Shown piece after piece: positions 46,461 through 60,939 of a DNA stretch of 64,000 nt. The DNA is from Lama glama. Its lineage: Eukaryota. The notes beneath the pieces were generated by a model. That model searched no databases, had not been told where the DNA came from, and was given only the letters and a program-made list of their open reading frames with translations. The DNA is taken from the NCBI GenBank assembly GCA_028534125.1, contig CM052818.1:9550001-9614000 (forward strand), written 5' to 3'. Every line of letters starts with the position of its first letter. Positions within the stretch are counted from its first letter, which is position 1. A program made the translations under genes and the position numbers.

Positions 46461-47429
46461 TGCTCACAAAGCGCTAGCTACAAGTTCCCAGTTACTTCAG
46501 GAATGTTTGCTTTTTATTCATGTAATAATCCTTTATAGATGACAAATGAATGTGATTGCAAGTGCATATTATTGCACCTTGATGTAATTTTACAAAAATT
46601 AAGCGAATATTAACGATTCCTTTAACGAATTTTCACCTTCCAGCAAAAACTTTGCACCAACTGTTTGACGAATGTGGCTGACGGGTCTGTGGATATTTAT
46701 TTCTCAGGGAAAACAGGCATGACAATTTCACAAGGGTGAAAGTAACTGAATGTTCTGTTCCACTGTAATAACCTGGCTTCTGTCTGGTCTGTGCTCATCA
46801 ATGAGAGAAACTAACTGGTGGAGAGTATTTTCTCCCTTTGCTTACAGGAGGTACTGCATTCCAACATGATTCTCCAGAAAGCTACAACAATTTTGTAAAC
46901 GGACTGCTTCAAAGTGTTTTGATCCCAAAACAAAATGACATTTTGAGTTCACCTTTTACACTTTACTTCACCAAAGGAATGGACAGCTAACATAAGGTAT
47001 CAAACAGAAAAGAATTTCATTGACAATGCTAGTGAGCACCATTTTCTTATGGATTAGCTGTTCATCTTTTATCCAATTCGTAAAGACTATTATCCATGGA
47101 ACATCACATGGTGAGATTTAGCTGTGTATAACTGGAACCTGGGGGGAAATAAGACCTACCAGAAAACTTACAAAGGCATAAGCTATTATCACTAAAATTT
47201 TATGTGAACAAAAAATTTTGTAATATTTATAAAAAAGAATTATCCGAATGTAAATATTTTTATTAAAATCTAAATGTAAAAGGTATTCTATATAGATAAT
47301 CAATCAATAATTAAATTGGCCAAAAAGAATTAGCTCCAAAAAGTAATTTAACAAAGAAATCTTCAGAATTAATATAATTATTAAAGTAATTGTCTTAAAA
47401 AACTGAGTCAAAGGTCTCATGGGTGTATT

Positions 47430-47945
47430 TATACACTCATAATCGTAGCAGCATTATTCACAATACTTAAAACGTGGAAGCAACCCAACTGTCCTTTGAT
47501 GGATGAATGGATAAGCAAAATGGGGTATACACAAACAAAGGAGTATTATTCATCCTTAAAAAGGAAATTCTGACATACGCCACAACATGGATGAAACTTG
47601 AGATTCACATTATGCTATCAATGTGAGTTTAGCATATAACATTGTTACATGAAATAAGCCAGTAACAAAAAGACAAATACTGCTTGATTCCACTTATATG
47701 AAGTGTTTAGAGTGGTCAAAATCATGGAGACAGAGAACAGTGGTTGCCAAAGGCTGAGGGGAGAGGGAAATGGGGAGTTATTGTTCAGTGGGTATAGAAT
47801 CTCAGTTTTGCAAGATGAAACGAGTTCTGGAGATGGACAGTGGTGATGGTAGCACAACATTATGAATGTACTTAATACCACGGAACTGTACACTTAATGG
47901 TTACAATGGTAAATTCTGTTATGTGTATTTTACCATAGTAAAAAA
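47430..47945 (+). mobile_element. L1MB-like 3' end
   Basis: ggaagcaacccaactgtcc...gttctggagatggacagtggtgatggtagcacaacattatgaatgtacttaatacca. Confidence 0.85.
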
Positions 47946-48039
47946 GTTTGAGGAAAAAACCCTAAATCAATGAGTAAAGGATTACTGAGGAAGAGAATAG
48001 TCATACAAATGAAGGTATATTATACATACCCCTGCCCAA

Positions 48040-48690
48040 TTTACTTACTAAATACATACAAAAAGGAAAAGTAATCTTTACAAGGGAGAAATCTGGTGAC
48101 TAACCACCTTAACCGAATGATCAAACTCAGCATCACCAGTAATGGAGCAAACTGACATGCATACACCATCACCTCTGTGGCATTCCTGCCAAAAATGCTT
48201 ATTCTGAATCTAATCATGCAGAAACAATCAGAAAAGTCCAAATTGAGGGAAATTCTGCAAAATGGATCTGGACTAGATTCTACAAAAATAAACATTTCAT
48301 GAATGTCAGAAGAAGACTAAAAAGATAATAAATGTGATGCTTGATCCTAAACTAGCTCCTAGATCCAAAACAGTTTAAAATGACACACTTGGGGAAGTTT
48401 AAATTGCATTTCAGACCACATCCTGGTTAACACCTTGACAATGTTACATTTTCTGAGCATTAAATTTTGGTTACAGAGGAGAGCATTCTTGTTCTTTGGA
48501 GATACATGCTTAAATATTTATGGGTAAAGTGTCATGATTTCTGCAATTAGTTCTGAGGGAAAAACAGATAAAGCAAGTGTGGCAAAAGGCTAACACCTGG
48601 TGAATCTATGTGAAGCATATCTGAGGGTTCTTTGAACTATTGCAACTGTTCTGTAACTTTGAAATTATTTTCAAAATAAAAATTTTGGGG
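48040..48690 (+). mobile_element. L1MC/ME-like 3' fragment
   Basis: ggagaaatctggtgactaaccaccttaacc...ttcctgccaaaaatgcttattctgaatctaatcatg. Confidence 0.75.
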
Positions 48691-48779
48691 AAAATTGAGT
48701 AAAAACATCTTCAGTGTCAAATCATGGGTTCTGGCCTTTTGTAACCATCCAGTAGTAGGGTGGGTAAACATTACACCAC

Positions 48780-49780
48780 GAGAGTTATCGAGCATCTACT
48801 GTGTGTCCAAGTCTGCTCTATGCTGGAGTGACTACAAAAATGATTCTCAGGCACTACCTAGGGTTCAAGCACTAGTGGAGGAGACCGGTGTGAATCCATC
48901 TTCCTGGTAAATCCAGTGTACACCTGGGAGCATAGAGGAGAAGTGCCTAATTCCACCTAGAGATTGTGGTGCTTCTGTAGTCTTTTTCTTAGAGGAGGCT
49001 TGCAGAGTGCAGACTCTTGTCTTCATCAGGGGAAAGGGGACACCAGGCTTCGGGAGCAGCAAGTCCCCAGGCACAGAAGCATGGCGAAGCACCTGGCACC
49101 GGGGTGGCTATGATTGAGGCATGTCAGGCTGCAAGGAGGCAGATTGCCCTGTCATGAAAAGCCTCATTTGCCCTACTGAGGATCGTGGGCTTTGTTCTGT
49201 GGCAACAGGAAACCACTGAGGTAATCTAAATGGAGAAACGATGCAATCAGACTTGGGTTTTAGAAAAATCATTCTTATGACACAAACGATGGATAGGAGT
49301 GGGATTAAAAACTGGAAGGGGGGTATATTTGTCAAGGTGGGGAGGAAGTGTTTTTCAGAGACTGGGACTTTCAGCTTGGTTAGTCACCATCATTCTGAGA
49401 GACTGGAATGAAAAGAGGCTGGGGGAGGGCTGAGGTTATAACTCTGGAGATAAGCATGGATGGGGTGGGAAGAGAAGATGGAGCCTGAAGAGGGGCACCA
49501 AAAGGAGGAGGAAGAAAGCAAAGAAGGCATTTCATCATGGAAGCCAAAAGCCATGATGGGGGGAGTGGTCAGCAGCGTTAGATAGAGAAGAGGGCAAGTA
49601 GAATAATAAATTGTTCCTTGGATCTAACAAGAAGTTCTTTGGGCCCTTTGCAGAGAGCAGTTTCAGTGAACTATTGGGGCAGAAGCCAGGTCATGGTGGA
49701 CAAGGGAATGAATGGGAGGTGAGAAGGCTGAGACCATGCTTGATGGGATGGGTAAGAGAGACTGACAGTAGTTGGATAGG
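48780..49780 (-). mobile_element. L2 fragment
   Basis: Purine-rich L2 ORF2/3' remnant: ttatcgagcatctactgtgtg, ttttagaaaaatcattct, gcagtttcagtgaactattggggcagaagccag. Confidence 0.7.
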
Positions 49781-50234
49781 AATTTGAGGTGAAGGGAGAT
49801 TTCTGCCTTTCTCTTTTAAATGTTTTCACATGCTGATGGGGACCAGCTGGTAACAAGAGGAACAGGTGGTGGAGCAAAGCCTCAGAAGCAGTGGGAGGAG
49901 ATGAGTCCAAAGGTGGGTGGGGCTCAACCTGGGATAGGAAGACCCAAGGAGAAAGGATAAGGATGGATGCTTCTATAGCAAGCTGGGTTTTGATCAGTTT
50001 GAACTAGGAAGGTGGGGAGAGATGAGTGAGGTGGCAAGCTGGACCACTTCAGGTGCCATCTTTCCTGCAGCAAAGTGAGGGCAATGACACACCTGCCTCA
50101 CACACACCAGAGTCTGTAGTGCACTGTGCAGTCATTTGCTTTCAGGCTTTGAGCTGTGCCCAGTGCCCAGTAGGCACCAGGCAATGTTTGTTTGCATAAC
50201 TGAATGGAGAAATGAATGAATTTCTCTCAAACCT

Positions 50235-50490
50235 GTACGTTCCAATCTGTTATTAGCCTGTAAATCAGTTTAGCAGTCACTACCATATCATTTTTATCTT
50301 AATGAAACAGACTAGGATAGTTTAAATATCAGAGTGATTCCATGTGGTAAAGGTAAATATTGCTTCTTAAATGATCACATGTGTGTCGTATGTTATGATA
50401 ATATTAAATGGGTTTTTTTTCTTGTTGCTGTTGTTGTTTTGGGGGTTTTTTTGTATGTTTGTTTGTTTTATGTTTAAAAGCTACTGCGGT
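50235..50490. mobile_element. hAT-Charlie MITE (MER112-like)
   Basis: aaatatcagagtgattccatgtggtaaaggtaaatattg...tttaaaagctactg. Confidence 0.5.
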
Positions 50491-51204
50491 AGCAAACGCA
50501 TAGGTAAGTACAATAGCTTACAACTAACTGTAGATCTGTTTTGCATGTTGTAGAATCCCCAGTGCCCAGCACACAACAGATCTCAATAAATATTGGTTAA
50601 ATGAATGGGGGCAGGGGCAAGAGCAGGGCAGGTTAAAAATTTTTATTTTAAGATGGTTCGCATAAATGAGTTTATGTAATAACACCAGGGGCTTCTTAGC
50701 AAATAAATGTCCTATCTTCGGCTTTTCCATGTGCCGTAGATTGAGCAAGTCATTTATATTGTCTAACTTCAGTCTGCATGTCTGCTAATGACGCATTTGA
50801 TTAGCCTTTCTCAACTAGGGGTCCTCATATGAACTACAGAACACAGAAAATGATGTGAGTAACTATTTTCTTGATTTTCCCAAGGATGTTATCTAAGTAG
50901 TATGATTCTTAACACATAGGAGAAAAAAATATGAATTGAACGAATCATTTCATAGGAGTAAAAGAAGACATTGGTTGATGAGATATGAAAGGAGTGAACT
51001 GGGCTTTGAACGTAGAGATGGGAGAGGTCGGTCCAGACCAAAGAAGAGAAGCATCAGCAAAGATGCGAAAGTCATGAAAGTCGGGGGCAGTAGGATGGAC
51101 ACAAATAGAATGGACGATAAGACTATAGTGAGGACATTTTGAGGGTGTGAAAGCCAATATGAAGAGCCCTTTTTCACATCAATAGTGAAGGAAACGTGTG
51201 CTGA

Positions 51205-51900
51205 GTTGTAGTGTCAGACCACACTGGCAGGCTCTGAGCCCTAATACTTGGATCCAAGTCTTAGCTCTGCCACTTACTAGTTGAGTGACCTTAGGCAAAT
51301 TCCCTAGCCTCTTTGTACTTTATCACCTCTTTGTACTTTGTAAAATGGAGTATTATTACTACCTATCTGTATTGTTATTAGTTTCAACTGCTAGTTACAA
51401 AGTAGCAGTAACAAAATAATACAAGATAGCCTTTTCCCTTCAAGTAAAAATAGGCAGTCCATGGCAAGATATACATGGGAGCTATACAATCATCAGAATC
51501 TGAGCTTATGTCAAAATCTTCAACACATGGCTTCCACATCGGGGTCCAGTTTCAGGCAACATATCCACATTCTAACCAGCAGGAACCAAAAAGAACAAGA
51601 GAAGAGAATATCCTCAACCTGTAAGACGCATCCCAACACTTGTGCTTAGACCCTGTTGGCCAGAACACGTCCCATGACCATCCCTAGCAAGGAAGGCTGG
51701 GAAGTGTTGTCTTTATCCTGGTTAGCAATGTGCCCAGCCAAGATGTGGCAGTTCTCTTCCCAAGCAATAAGGGAAGAAGAGATACTGGGGGACAACTAGC
51801 AGTGTCTGCCACATAACCTCATAGGTGGTGTGACGTTAAAAGAATTAATACAACTAAATCTCTTAGAACAATTCCAGGCATGAAGGAAGCACTTAAAAAT
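51205..51900 (+). mobile_element. MIR split by a MaLR (MLT1-type) LTR at ~51368-51813
   Basis: MIR 5' part (gctctgccacttactagttgagtgaccttaggcaa) resumes at 51814 (cctcataggtggtgtg). The LTR ends gggggacaactagcagtgtctgccaca. Confidence 0.75.
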
Positions 51901-52249
51901 GTTTTTGTTGTCTTATCTTCACCCCTCCTCTGTGATCTCCTTTACCTCTGTACACCAACTACCACCAAACTCCAAATACTCGTAAATTGACCTTTCTATC
52001 CCAGATTTCCCAGCCAAGCCAAAGGCAGCTCCTAGAGCCAATGTTCCTGCCAAAGGAGTCCTACTTCTTGCAGGAATGGTATCTTAGTCAGCTCACACAT
52101 TGGTTAGGAGCACCCTGTGAGTGGCCTTGGCACTAATGCAGCAGTGACTCAGAGAATGGCAGCAGGGCTGGCCCTAATGCACACTGCTCAGGAGATCTGA
52201 GAAGCACATTCTCCTCCATCACTTTCCACCCCACTTTTACATAACTTCT

Positions 52250-52700
52250 CCAATAGTTAGGATAAAGGCTAGGCTTCTGTAGCCAGAGACTCTCCCCAAC
52301 CCCACCTCTTCCTCCCTAAAAGTGGCTTAAACTGTTGGAAGTTTATTTCTCTCACTAGTGGTTTAGGACCAGTGTGATAGCTGGATGGATGTGTGGGGCT
52401 TCCAGATTACATCCTGCTGCTCTGCCACTTCTAAGATGCTACTTTCATCTGCTTTGTCAAAGATGGCTCACAACCACCTCCACATTCTTACCTGCAGGAG
52501 GAAGGAAAGATAAGACAGGCGTGCTTCTCTCCTTCCAAGGGCATGACTCAGAAGTTGCAGAAATCACTTCTGTGCTCACCTTAATGGCCAGAACTTAGTC
52601 ACATACTCCCAGAGAAAATACAGGGGTAGGGGTTGTTACTAAAGGAAGATGGTAGCATGGTTATTTGGAGACCAATTTACAATCCCTGGCTCACTGCCAC
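52250..52700 (-). mobile_element. MaLR (MLT1-type) LTR
   Basis: agtggcttaaactgttggaagtttatttctctcac...ggccagaacttagtcacat. Confidence 0.7.
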
Positions 52701-53569
52701 TTCCCTTGAACCTGCTCCTCCTCTTCCTCTCATGGCTTCCCTCTGTCCTGTCTGTGGGCATCATCATCTATCATCCAAGGGCTGGGTGTTCTATTTGTCC
52801 ACCCTGCCCTTGTCTCCAGGGCTCCACCCTGCACAGCCCAAGGGGCGCCATCCATGTCGCAGTCTACACTTCACAAAGAGCTGTTCAGTAAGGCAGCCCT
52901 GCTCATCCCTCACAGCTGACTGGACATCCTATCAAGTCCCTCTCCTGTGTTTTTCTTGAGTCACTTTTCTTCATTCCATCTCACCTGTTCTCCTCTGGGT
53001 CTTCACATTTTGTTGCTTGGATCTTTACAATGGCCTTCCTAGTGGTCTTCTTGCCCCCATTAGACTCTCTCCCCTCCAACCCATCCTCCACTGCCTCCAT
53101 AGCAATCTTTCTAACAAAACCATTAATACAATAGCTCTGCTTTACATTCTTCAGGGACTTCCCATGTCCACCCCCTTAGCAAGGCTCACTCAAGGGCCGG
53201 CCTGGCCCTCATCTTGAATTGTTCCATCACCAGCACCCTGTCCAGCAGTCACACTCTGGGGCCCTCCCACACATCTGTGCCTCTGAACTTTCAGGACCTT
53301 CTGCCTGGAGGGCCCTTTCCCTTCTCACCTCCTTCACCAAGACTTTGTTCTAACATTTTCCTCTGCAAAATTTTCCTTGATGTCTCCACCTCTCAGAGAG
53401 TCACACTCCCTTCTGCTGGTACATTATATCATAGTGTTAGAATCATATCACACATTTTAAAAGCTCTGAAATGAGATGGCATTGTCAGCTGGCATGCTCT
53501 TGACCTCTACTGGAGTCATGTTCTCCCAGAGAGGACTGCCAGCCACCAGAGGCAGCACCAACCTGAGGC

Positions 53570-54430
53570 TCGACAGCCTTCAGGATGACCATCAACGAGC
53601 CCGGCCTCTCGGTGTTCATGTCCTTGTGTATCCTCTCCCCTTGGGCGTGGGCTGGACACAGTGACTTGCTTCCAGTGAAGAAGAGTACAGTGTAAGTGAC
53701 TGCCAATGAATACTGCCTATTAATAAGTAAAAACTACTCATTAACTTTACAGGGGAGAAATCTGACAGACACCATCTTAACCAAGTGGTAAAAATTAAAA
53801 TTACACCAATACACATGGCAGCACACAACTCCTGATGTGATGCACTGAGGTCACAGGATCACTTCTGGAACATTCCTGCCAAAGACACATGGCCTGAACC
53901 TAATCATGAAGAAATATCAGGCAAACCCAACAGTGAGGCACATGCTACAAAGTACCTGATCTGTAATTTTCAAAAGTGTCAAGGTCAGAAAAGTCAAAGC
54001 AAGTCTGAGGGAATGATCCAAACTGAAGAGAAGAAAGAGACGTGACAACTACACGGAAAGCATTGTCATGAACTGGATCCTGGACCTATATGGAATATAA
54101 CTGGGACAACTGGCAAATTTTGAATGAGCCCTCTTGATTAGATGGCAAAGGTATCACTGTTAGTTGATGGATAGCTTGTGGTCATGTGGGAGAATGTTCC
54201 AGTCTGTAGGAAGAATGTGCTGAAGTGCTAAGGCTGAATGACACAGAATGTGTGCATCTTCCTCTCAAATGCTTAAGACATCTGAATACATATATATGGA
54301 AAGAGAACAAGAAAACAAATGTGGTAAACTGTTAGCTGGGGAATCTGAGTGAAGGCACACAGTTCTTTGTACTATTCTTGCAGCTCTTCTGTAAATTTCA
54401 AATGATTTAAGTATAAAATTTTAAAAAAGC
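53570..54430 (+). mobile_element. MLT1-like LTR fragment (53570-53705) joined to an L1MC-like 3' fragment
   Basis: cagccttcaggatgacc...gtgggctggacacagtgacttgcttc; ggagaaatctgacagacaccatcttaaccaagtg...ttctttgtactattcttgcagct. Confidence 0.7.
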
Positions 54431-55589
54431 CTTCCCAGTTGTTACTGGTGTTTTGATTTTCCATTAGTTCTTCCTAAACAAGTTTTTAAAAAGTCCAATT
54501 TATCAAGCTTTTCCCTTTTGGCTTTTGGGTGATGTGTCTTGCTTGGGGTAGTCATTTGAAAAAAGTCCCAGAGTCCACAGCTAATTAAAGAGAAAAGGTG
54601 GTAAGTCTGATCCCACTTCTACAAGAGAAACACCAATGGGCACTGAGAAAGAATGCTCAGCTTTTTTTAACTAGAGCTGTAGCTTAGCAGATGGAAATGG
54701 GGGAGTCCTACTTGACTGCCCCCCGGGCATCTTCAGTTGAATTTCTGCAAACACCTCAAATTCAGCAGAACTAAAACCTAGCTAATCTTTTCCCTCAAAC
54801 TAGTCCCCTCTCTGGACTTTTCTACTTCTGACAGTCAGGTATCCAAACTCAGGAGTCACCTTTGTGTCCTGTCATTCTTCCCACATTGAACCAGAAACTG
54901 ACCTTCTTTACTCTGTGTGTTCTGCCACCTCCTATTCCAGACCCTCATCCTTTAACCCTGGGCTGGCACTAGAGTCCTCTCCATTTATCTCCTACTTGCT
55001 GCTGGTCCATCACCTAATCCTGTAATAGAGCTCTTCAACCACCCACCACTTAACTGCCTTATGTTGTTTTTTATATATAGTATTACTTTAAAATACGTAG
55101 AAACATAACATCAACCCCTTATTCTTAGAGCTCTCATTCAATTCTAAAGTCAAAACAAATTTACAAATCAAATATAAACAAAAGCATAAAACTAATAAGA
55201 TTCAAATTAACATTTAAGGCCAGATGCTGTTCTATTGATTCACCCCATGGTTGTGGCACCACTGACTGGCCTTTCTGGAATTCCGTGTGCCTGTAACATC
55301 ATGGGCACTGATGGCCAATTTTCCCACCATTTTCCCCTACTGGAAGTTGTACAAAACCACAGTTAGTACAGTCAGTCACAGGAAATTGGCCTTCACTTCG
55401 ACACAGGTGCATCATTATGGATTCATTCCTTCTCTACTCTTTTCTTGTCAGCTTGTGACAGAGTAACTTGGCTTCATAAATACAGATGCAGATACAGGCA
55501 ATGAACCATGCCAATATATGGGAATATGCACCTATAAATGTTTATCTGGATAAGTCTGAATTTTCTTAGATTGAAATTTTAAACCATCA

Positions 55590-56065
55590 TAGCAACATTA
55601 TTCACAACAGACGAAAGGTGAAGCAACCCAAGCGTTCATCAACAGATAAACAAAAAAACAAAATGTGGGATACACATACAAATGGGATATTGTTCAGGCT
55701 TCAAAAGGAAGGAAATTCTGACACATGGATAAACCTCAAGAACATTATGCTAAGCAAAAGAAGCTAGTCACAGAGGACGAATACCGTGATTCCACTTATA
55801 TGAGGTGCTTAGAGTCATCAAATTCATAGAGATACAAAGTAGATTAGAAAGTAGATTGGTGGTTGCTGGGGCCTGGTAAGGTCGGGAATGAGGAGTTAGA
55901 GTTTAATGGGTACAGAGTTAGAGCTGTGCAAAATGAAAACAGTTCTTTGGGTGGATGTGATGGCTGTACAACGTGAGTGTACTTAAGATTATTTAACTGT
56001 GCACTTAAAGATGGTTAAGACGGTAAATTTGTGTTTTACCACAATTTAAATTTTTTTTTAAATTT
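55590..56065 (+). mobile_element. L1MB-like 3' end
   Basis: gattccacttatatgaggtgcttagagtcatcaaattcatagaga...gcacttaaagatggttaagacggtaaattt. Confidence 0.85.
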
Positions 56066-57010
56066 TAATGTTACCATCAGGAGAAAGATTGGGATTTTAA
56101 GTGCTTGTAGACATCTCATGGGCTCTGAATGAAAACTTCTGTAAACCCCTCCCCTGCAGTCCCATGGCTTTACCCCATCTTCCACTCCATACCTCTAGCC
56201 TGGGATCCTGAGACTCACCTTACTCTGACTCCTCACTGCACTTCACTGTTATATCTCAACGCTCCTCAGCACCAACCTGGCTCCAGCTAACTGGTGTCCA
56301 CCAAACTCAGTACACACTCTCACCTCTTTGCCTTGGCTTGTGCCTGTGGCCATCTGAAAGACACTCTTCCCTCTGCTTGTCTTAGCCAATCCTTCCATTC
56401 CATTAAGTCCCTTCTCTGCCCCACAGTGGAACCGTTCCAGACCACAGGGACTTCTCCCCTACAAAGGGCATCAACACTCCCGAGTTAGCGTCAGGCACAC
56501 ATTCTAAATTATTTTATCACTTATTCCCCTAATCATTCAACAAACATTTATTAAGTGTATGCTGCACACAGGACAATGTGCGAGGCTCCTGAATCAAATG
56601 CTATGTTTTCTGCTTCTTATCTCTCTCATAGCCCCTTACACATTTTACAAATGCTGTACTGGTCTGTACTGTCATAGTCCACACATGAAAAACAAATTTT
56701 AAACTACTGAAATCAAGAAAAGTATCATCTCAGGATTTGCCTAAAGTAACAGGCAGTTTGTTGCTGATGGTAGTTGTTTTGGTGTCAATCTTAAAAAGCA
56801 GCCATCAGTACAAGAAAGTTTCAGGACTGAGTTCAAAGGGAACTGCGTAGTAGGAGGCCCTAGTCCCAGCTATTGGAAGTTTCCATGATGACAGCGGTAA
56901 TACTATTTGGTCATAAATGCCTGTGATCAAAGCATCAAGAACCTGTACTGTTGCCAAAGTCCCCCTTGAACATGATTTACCTAAAAGACATCTGCACAAA
57001 CACAAATAAC

Positions 57011-57016
57011 TTTATT
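57011..57016 (-). terminator. C2orf74 polyadenylation signal AATAAA
   Basis: tttatt ~280 nt after the stop, followed on the minus strand by GU-rich gttatttgtgtttgtg. Confidence 0.7.
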
Positions 57017-57296
57017 CACATGTTATAACAGTGTTTGAGTAGACAGAATTTTAAGGACACTTAATACAATTAACTTCTTGAACTCAGATTTGACTTTTTA
57101 AAAATCTATATTCAAGCTCTGGATATTTTACTTACAGAATTTTGCACATAGTCCACTTCTTTCTGCACAAAGGTAAAATACTATCTGAATTTGTTTAATT
57201 CCTCATTATTTTGCTGTTTCAACGTGATTCTGTACCCCAGTCACTTCACTGTTAGTCTAAGGTTACATTTCTTTCACTCTCAGTGTTTTCTGAGCT

Positions 57297-59079
<1,783 letters not shown>

Positions 59080-60025
59080 TCATTGTTGTTCTTTTGATGA
59101 GCTTCATAAAAGATGCTCTGCTTGTTTTGGTGACGTGGACTCACAATGGTTAATTTCTCTCCATAAATGTGGTGGGGGCTGAGGTGGCTAGAGGGGAGAC
59201 TGAGCTGGGACACGTCGGACTCAGCTTACCTCCCCTCACCCCAAAAACTATGAGAATTCAGAGGAGAGAGAAATTGGAGCAGCTGGAACTGAGCCCAGCT
59301 CCCCATTCTTCTCTCTTCACTGACATCATAGAATCATGGAACTCCATTGAGTAAGTGGGATCAGAACACCAGCCCAGCCCCACCCATCACCTGAAGTCAG
59401 GAGAACCATGAAACTCTCTGCTGGGCTGCAGGCTGTCCCCTGGCGTCATCCTGGCCACTCTATGGACTTTCTTTCTACATTCCAAATACCATCTTTCTGT
59501 TCTTAACCTGAGCCTATCTTACTGTTTCCTTCACAGATCACGAACAATCAGTCCACTTCCTTCTTATAAAATCACTCTCTACAGTGCTGAGATTAGTAAT
59601 CAACTAACCCCCTAATGGTGTTCTCTCCAGGCTGACTAGCCTAAAGCCTTCAGATCCCACATCACTGGGCCTAATTCCTGGAACACAGAAGAAAACCGGC
59701 AGCTCTAGAAGCCACAGCTGAAGAAGTAGGAGTAGAACAAGATGGTTAGAGTAGAGATGACCCCCAGGCCTGACCTAACTTCAGGTGAGTAAGTGATGAC
59801 CATGACACCGAGCGAGAGAGCAGAGCTAGGATTTTCTGAGGAGTAAAAAAGTGTATAAGGAGTACAGCAGCTGCTGCCAACCATGTCTGAAAAGTCAGAA
59901 GGTGAGCCTTGGGGCCTTTGGCTGCAGCAACACTGGCTCTTCTCTAGAAGGGCAGGGACAGTGATTTCTTCATCTTTGGATACTCCACCAAGTCAGAAGC
60001 TGAAAATTCCATGCTGAATGAATGA

Positions 60026-60076
60026 ATGTGTGTATGTGCATGTGTGTGCGTGTGTGCGTGTGTGTGCGCGCGCGCA
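60026..60076. repeat. (TG)n/(CG)n alternating purine-pyrimidine microsatellite, 51 bp
   Basis: Uninterrupted RY alternation ending in gcgcgcgcgc. Confidence 0.9.
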
Positions 60077-60859
60077 AGTAGAGTTTGTTGGAGGGCTCAG
60101 ACCAAAGCTGATTTTGCAGAATATGCGAGTATCTGAGCCATTCCTGGCAGAGTCAGCAGAATTTTTGGATGCTTTCTCCAGCTAAGGATCAGAGCCCGTC
60201 TTACCCTCCTTACTCTACACTGCTGCCAGACTGAGATTTTGAGTCTAAATCTTCTCATGTCTCATATACACTAGCAATGCACAATGGCAATATTTTATAT
60301 TGATCTACTGGTGGCTACACAGGTCTAGACATATGTAAAAACCCATCAAACTAGTGAACTTCATGCCCTCTATCGTACAGATATCATATCTGAATAAAAA
60401 GGAAAACAGAGTCCCATCCCCATGCCTGAATTTAAGCATGTATGGTAAAAAGAGTAATGTGGGACTGGAGTGACTGTTGCTAGTTGTTCCTGTCTCCAAG
60501 ATTGTCTGCCACACATACTTTGAGACAAGGGATCTTTGGCAAGAATACAGTAGTAACAAAAAGTAAGGGCTGATAAAACTGTATCATTAAGGGCTTTCTT
60601 TCACTGACTGAGGCTTGGGAATCAATATCTTAAATTGTTAGTTATTATAATTTTGAATGTGTATAGTTAATATAATTAGAATATAGTTAATATAATTCTG
60701 AAAGTGGAAGGTTATCCAACTTTAGTCTCTAAATCACATTTTGAATTCACTGGACTGTAAGCTCTGTGATGACATGGGGTCTTACTCAGAGATAGGGCTC
60801 CAAAACCTAACACAATGTGCCTTGCACACAGAAGGTATGTGTTCAAAAAATTATTTATG

Positions 60860-60923
60860 TTGACACAACATTGTAAAATGATTATAAATCAATAAAAAAT
60901 GTTAAAAAAAAATAAACCACTAA
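60860..60923 (+). mobile_element. Very short camelid-type L1 3' tail with 15-bp TSD
   Basis: Same tail as 40555-40720; TSD aaaaaattatttatg 60845-60859 / aaaaaattatttgtg 60924-60938. Confidence 0.8.
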
Positions 60924-60939
60924 AAAAAATTATTTGTGG

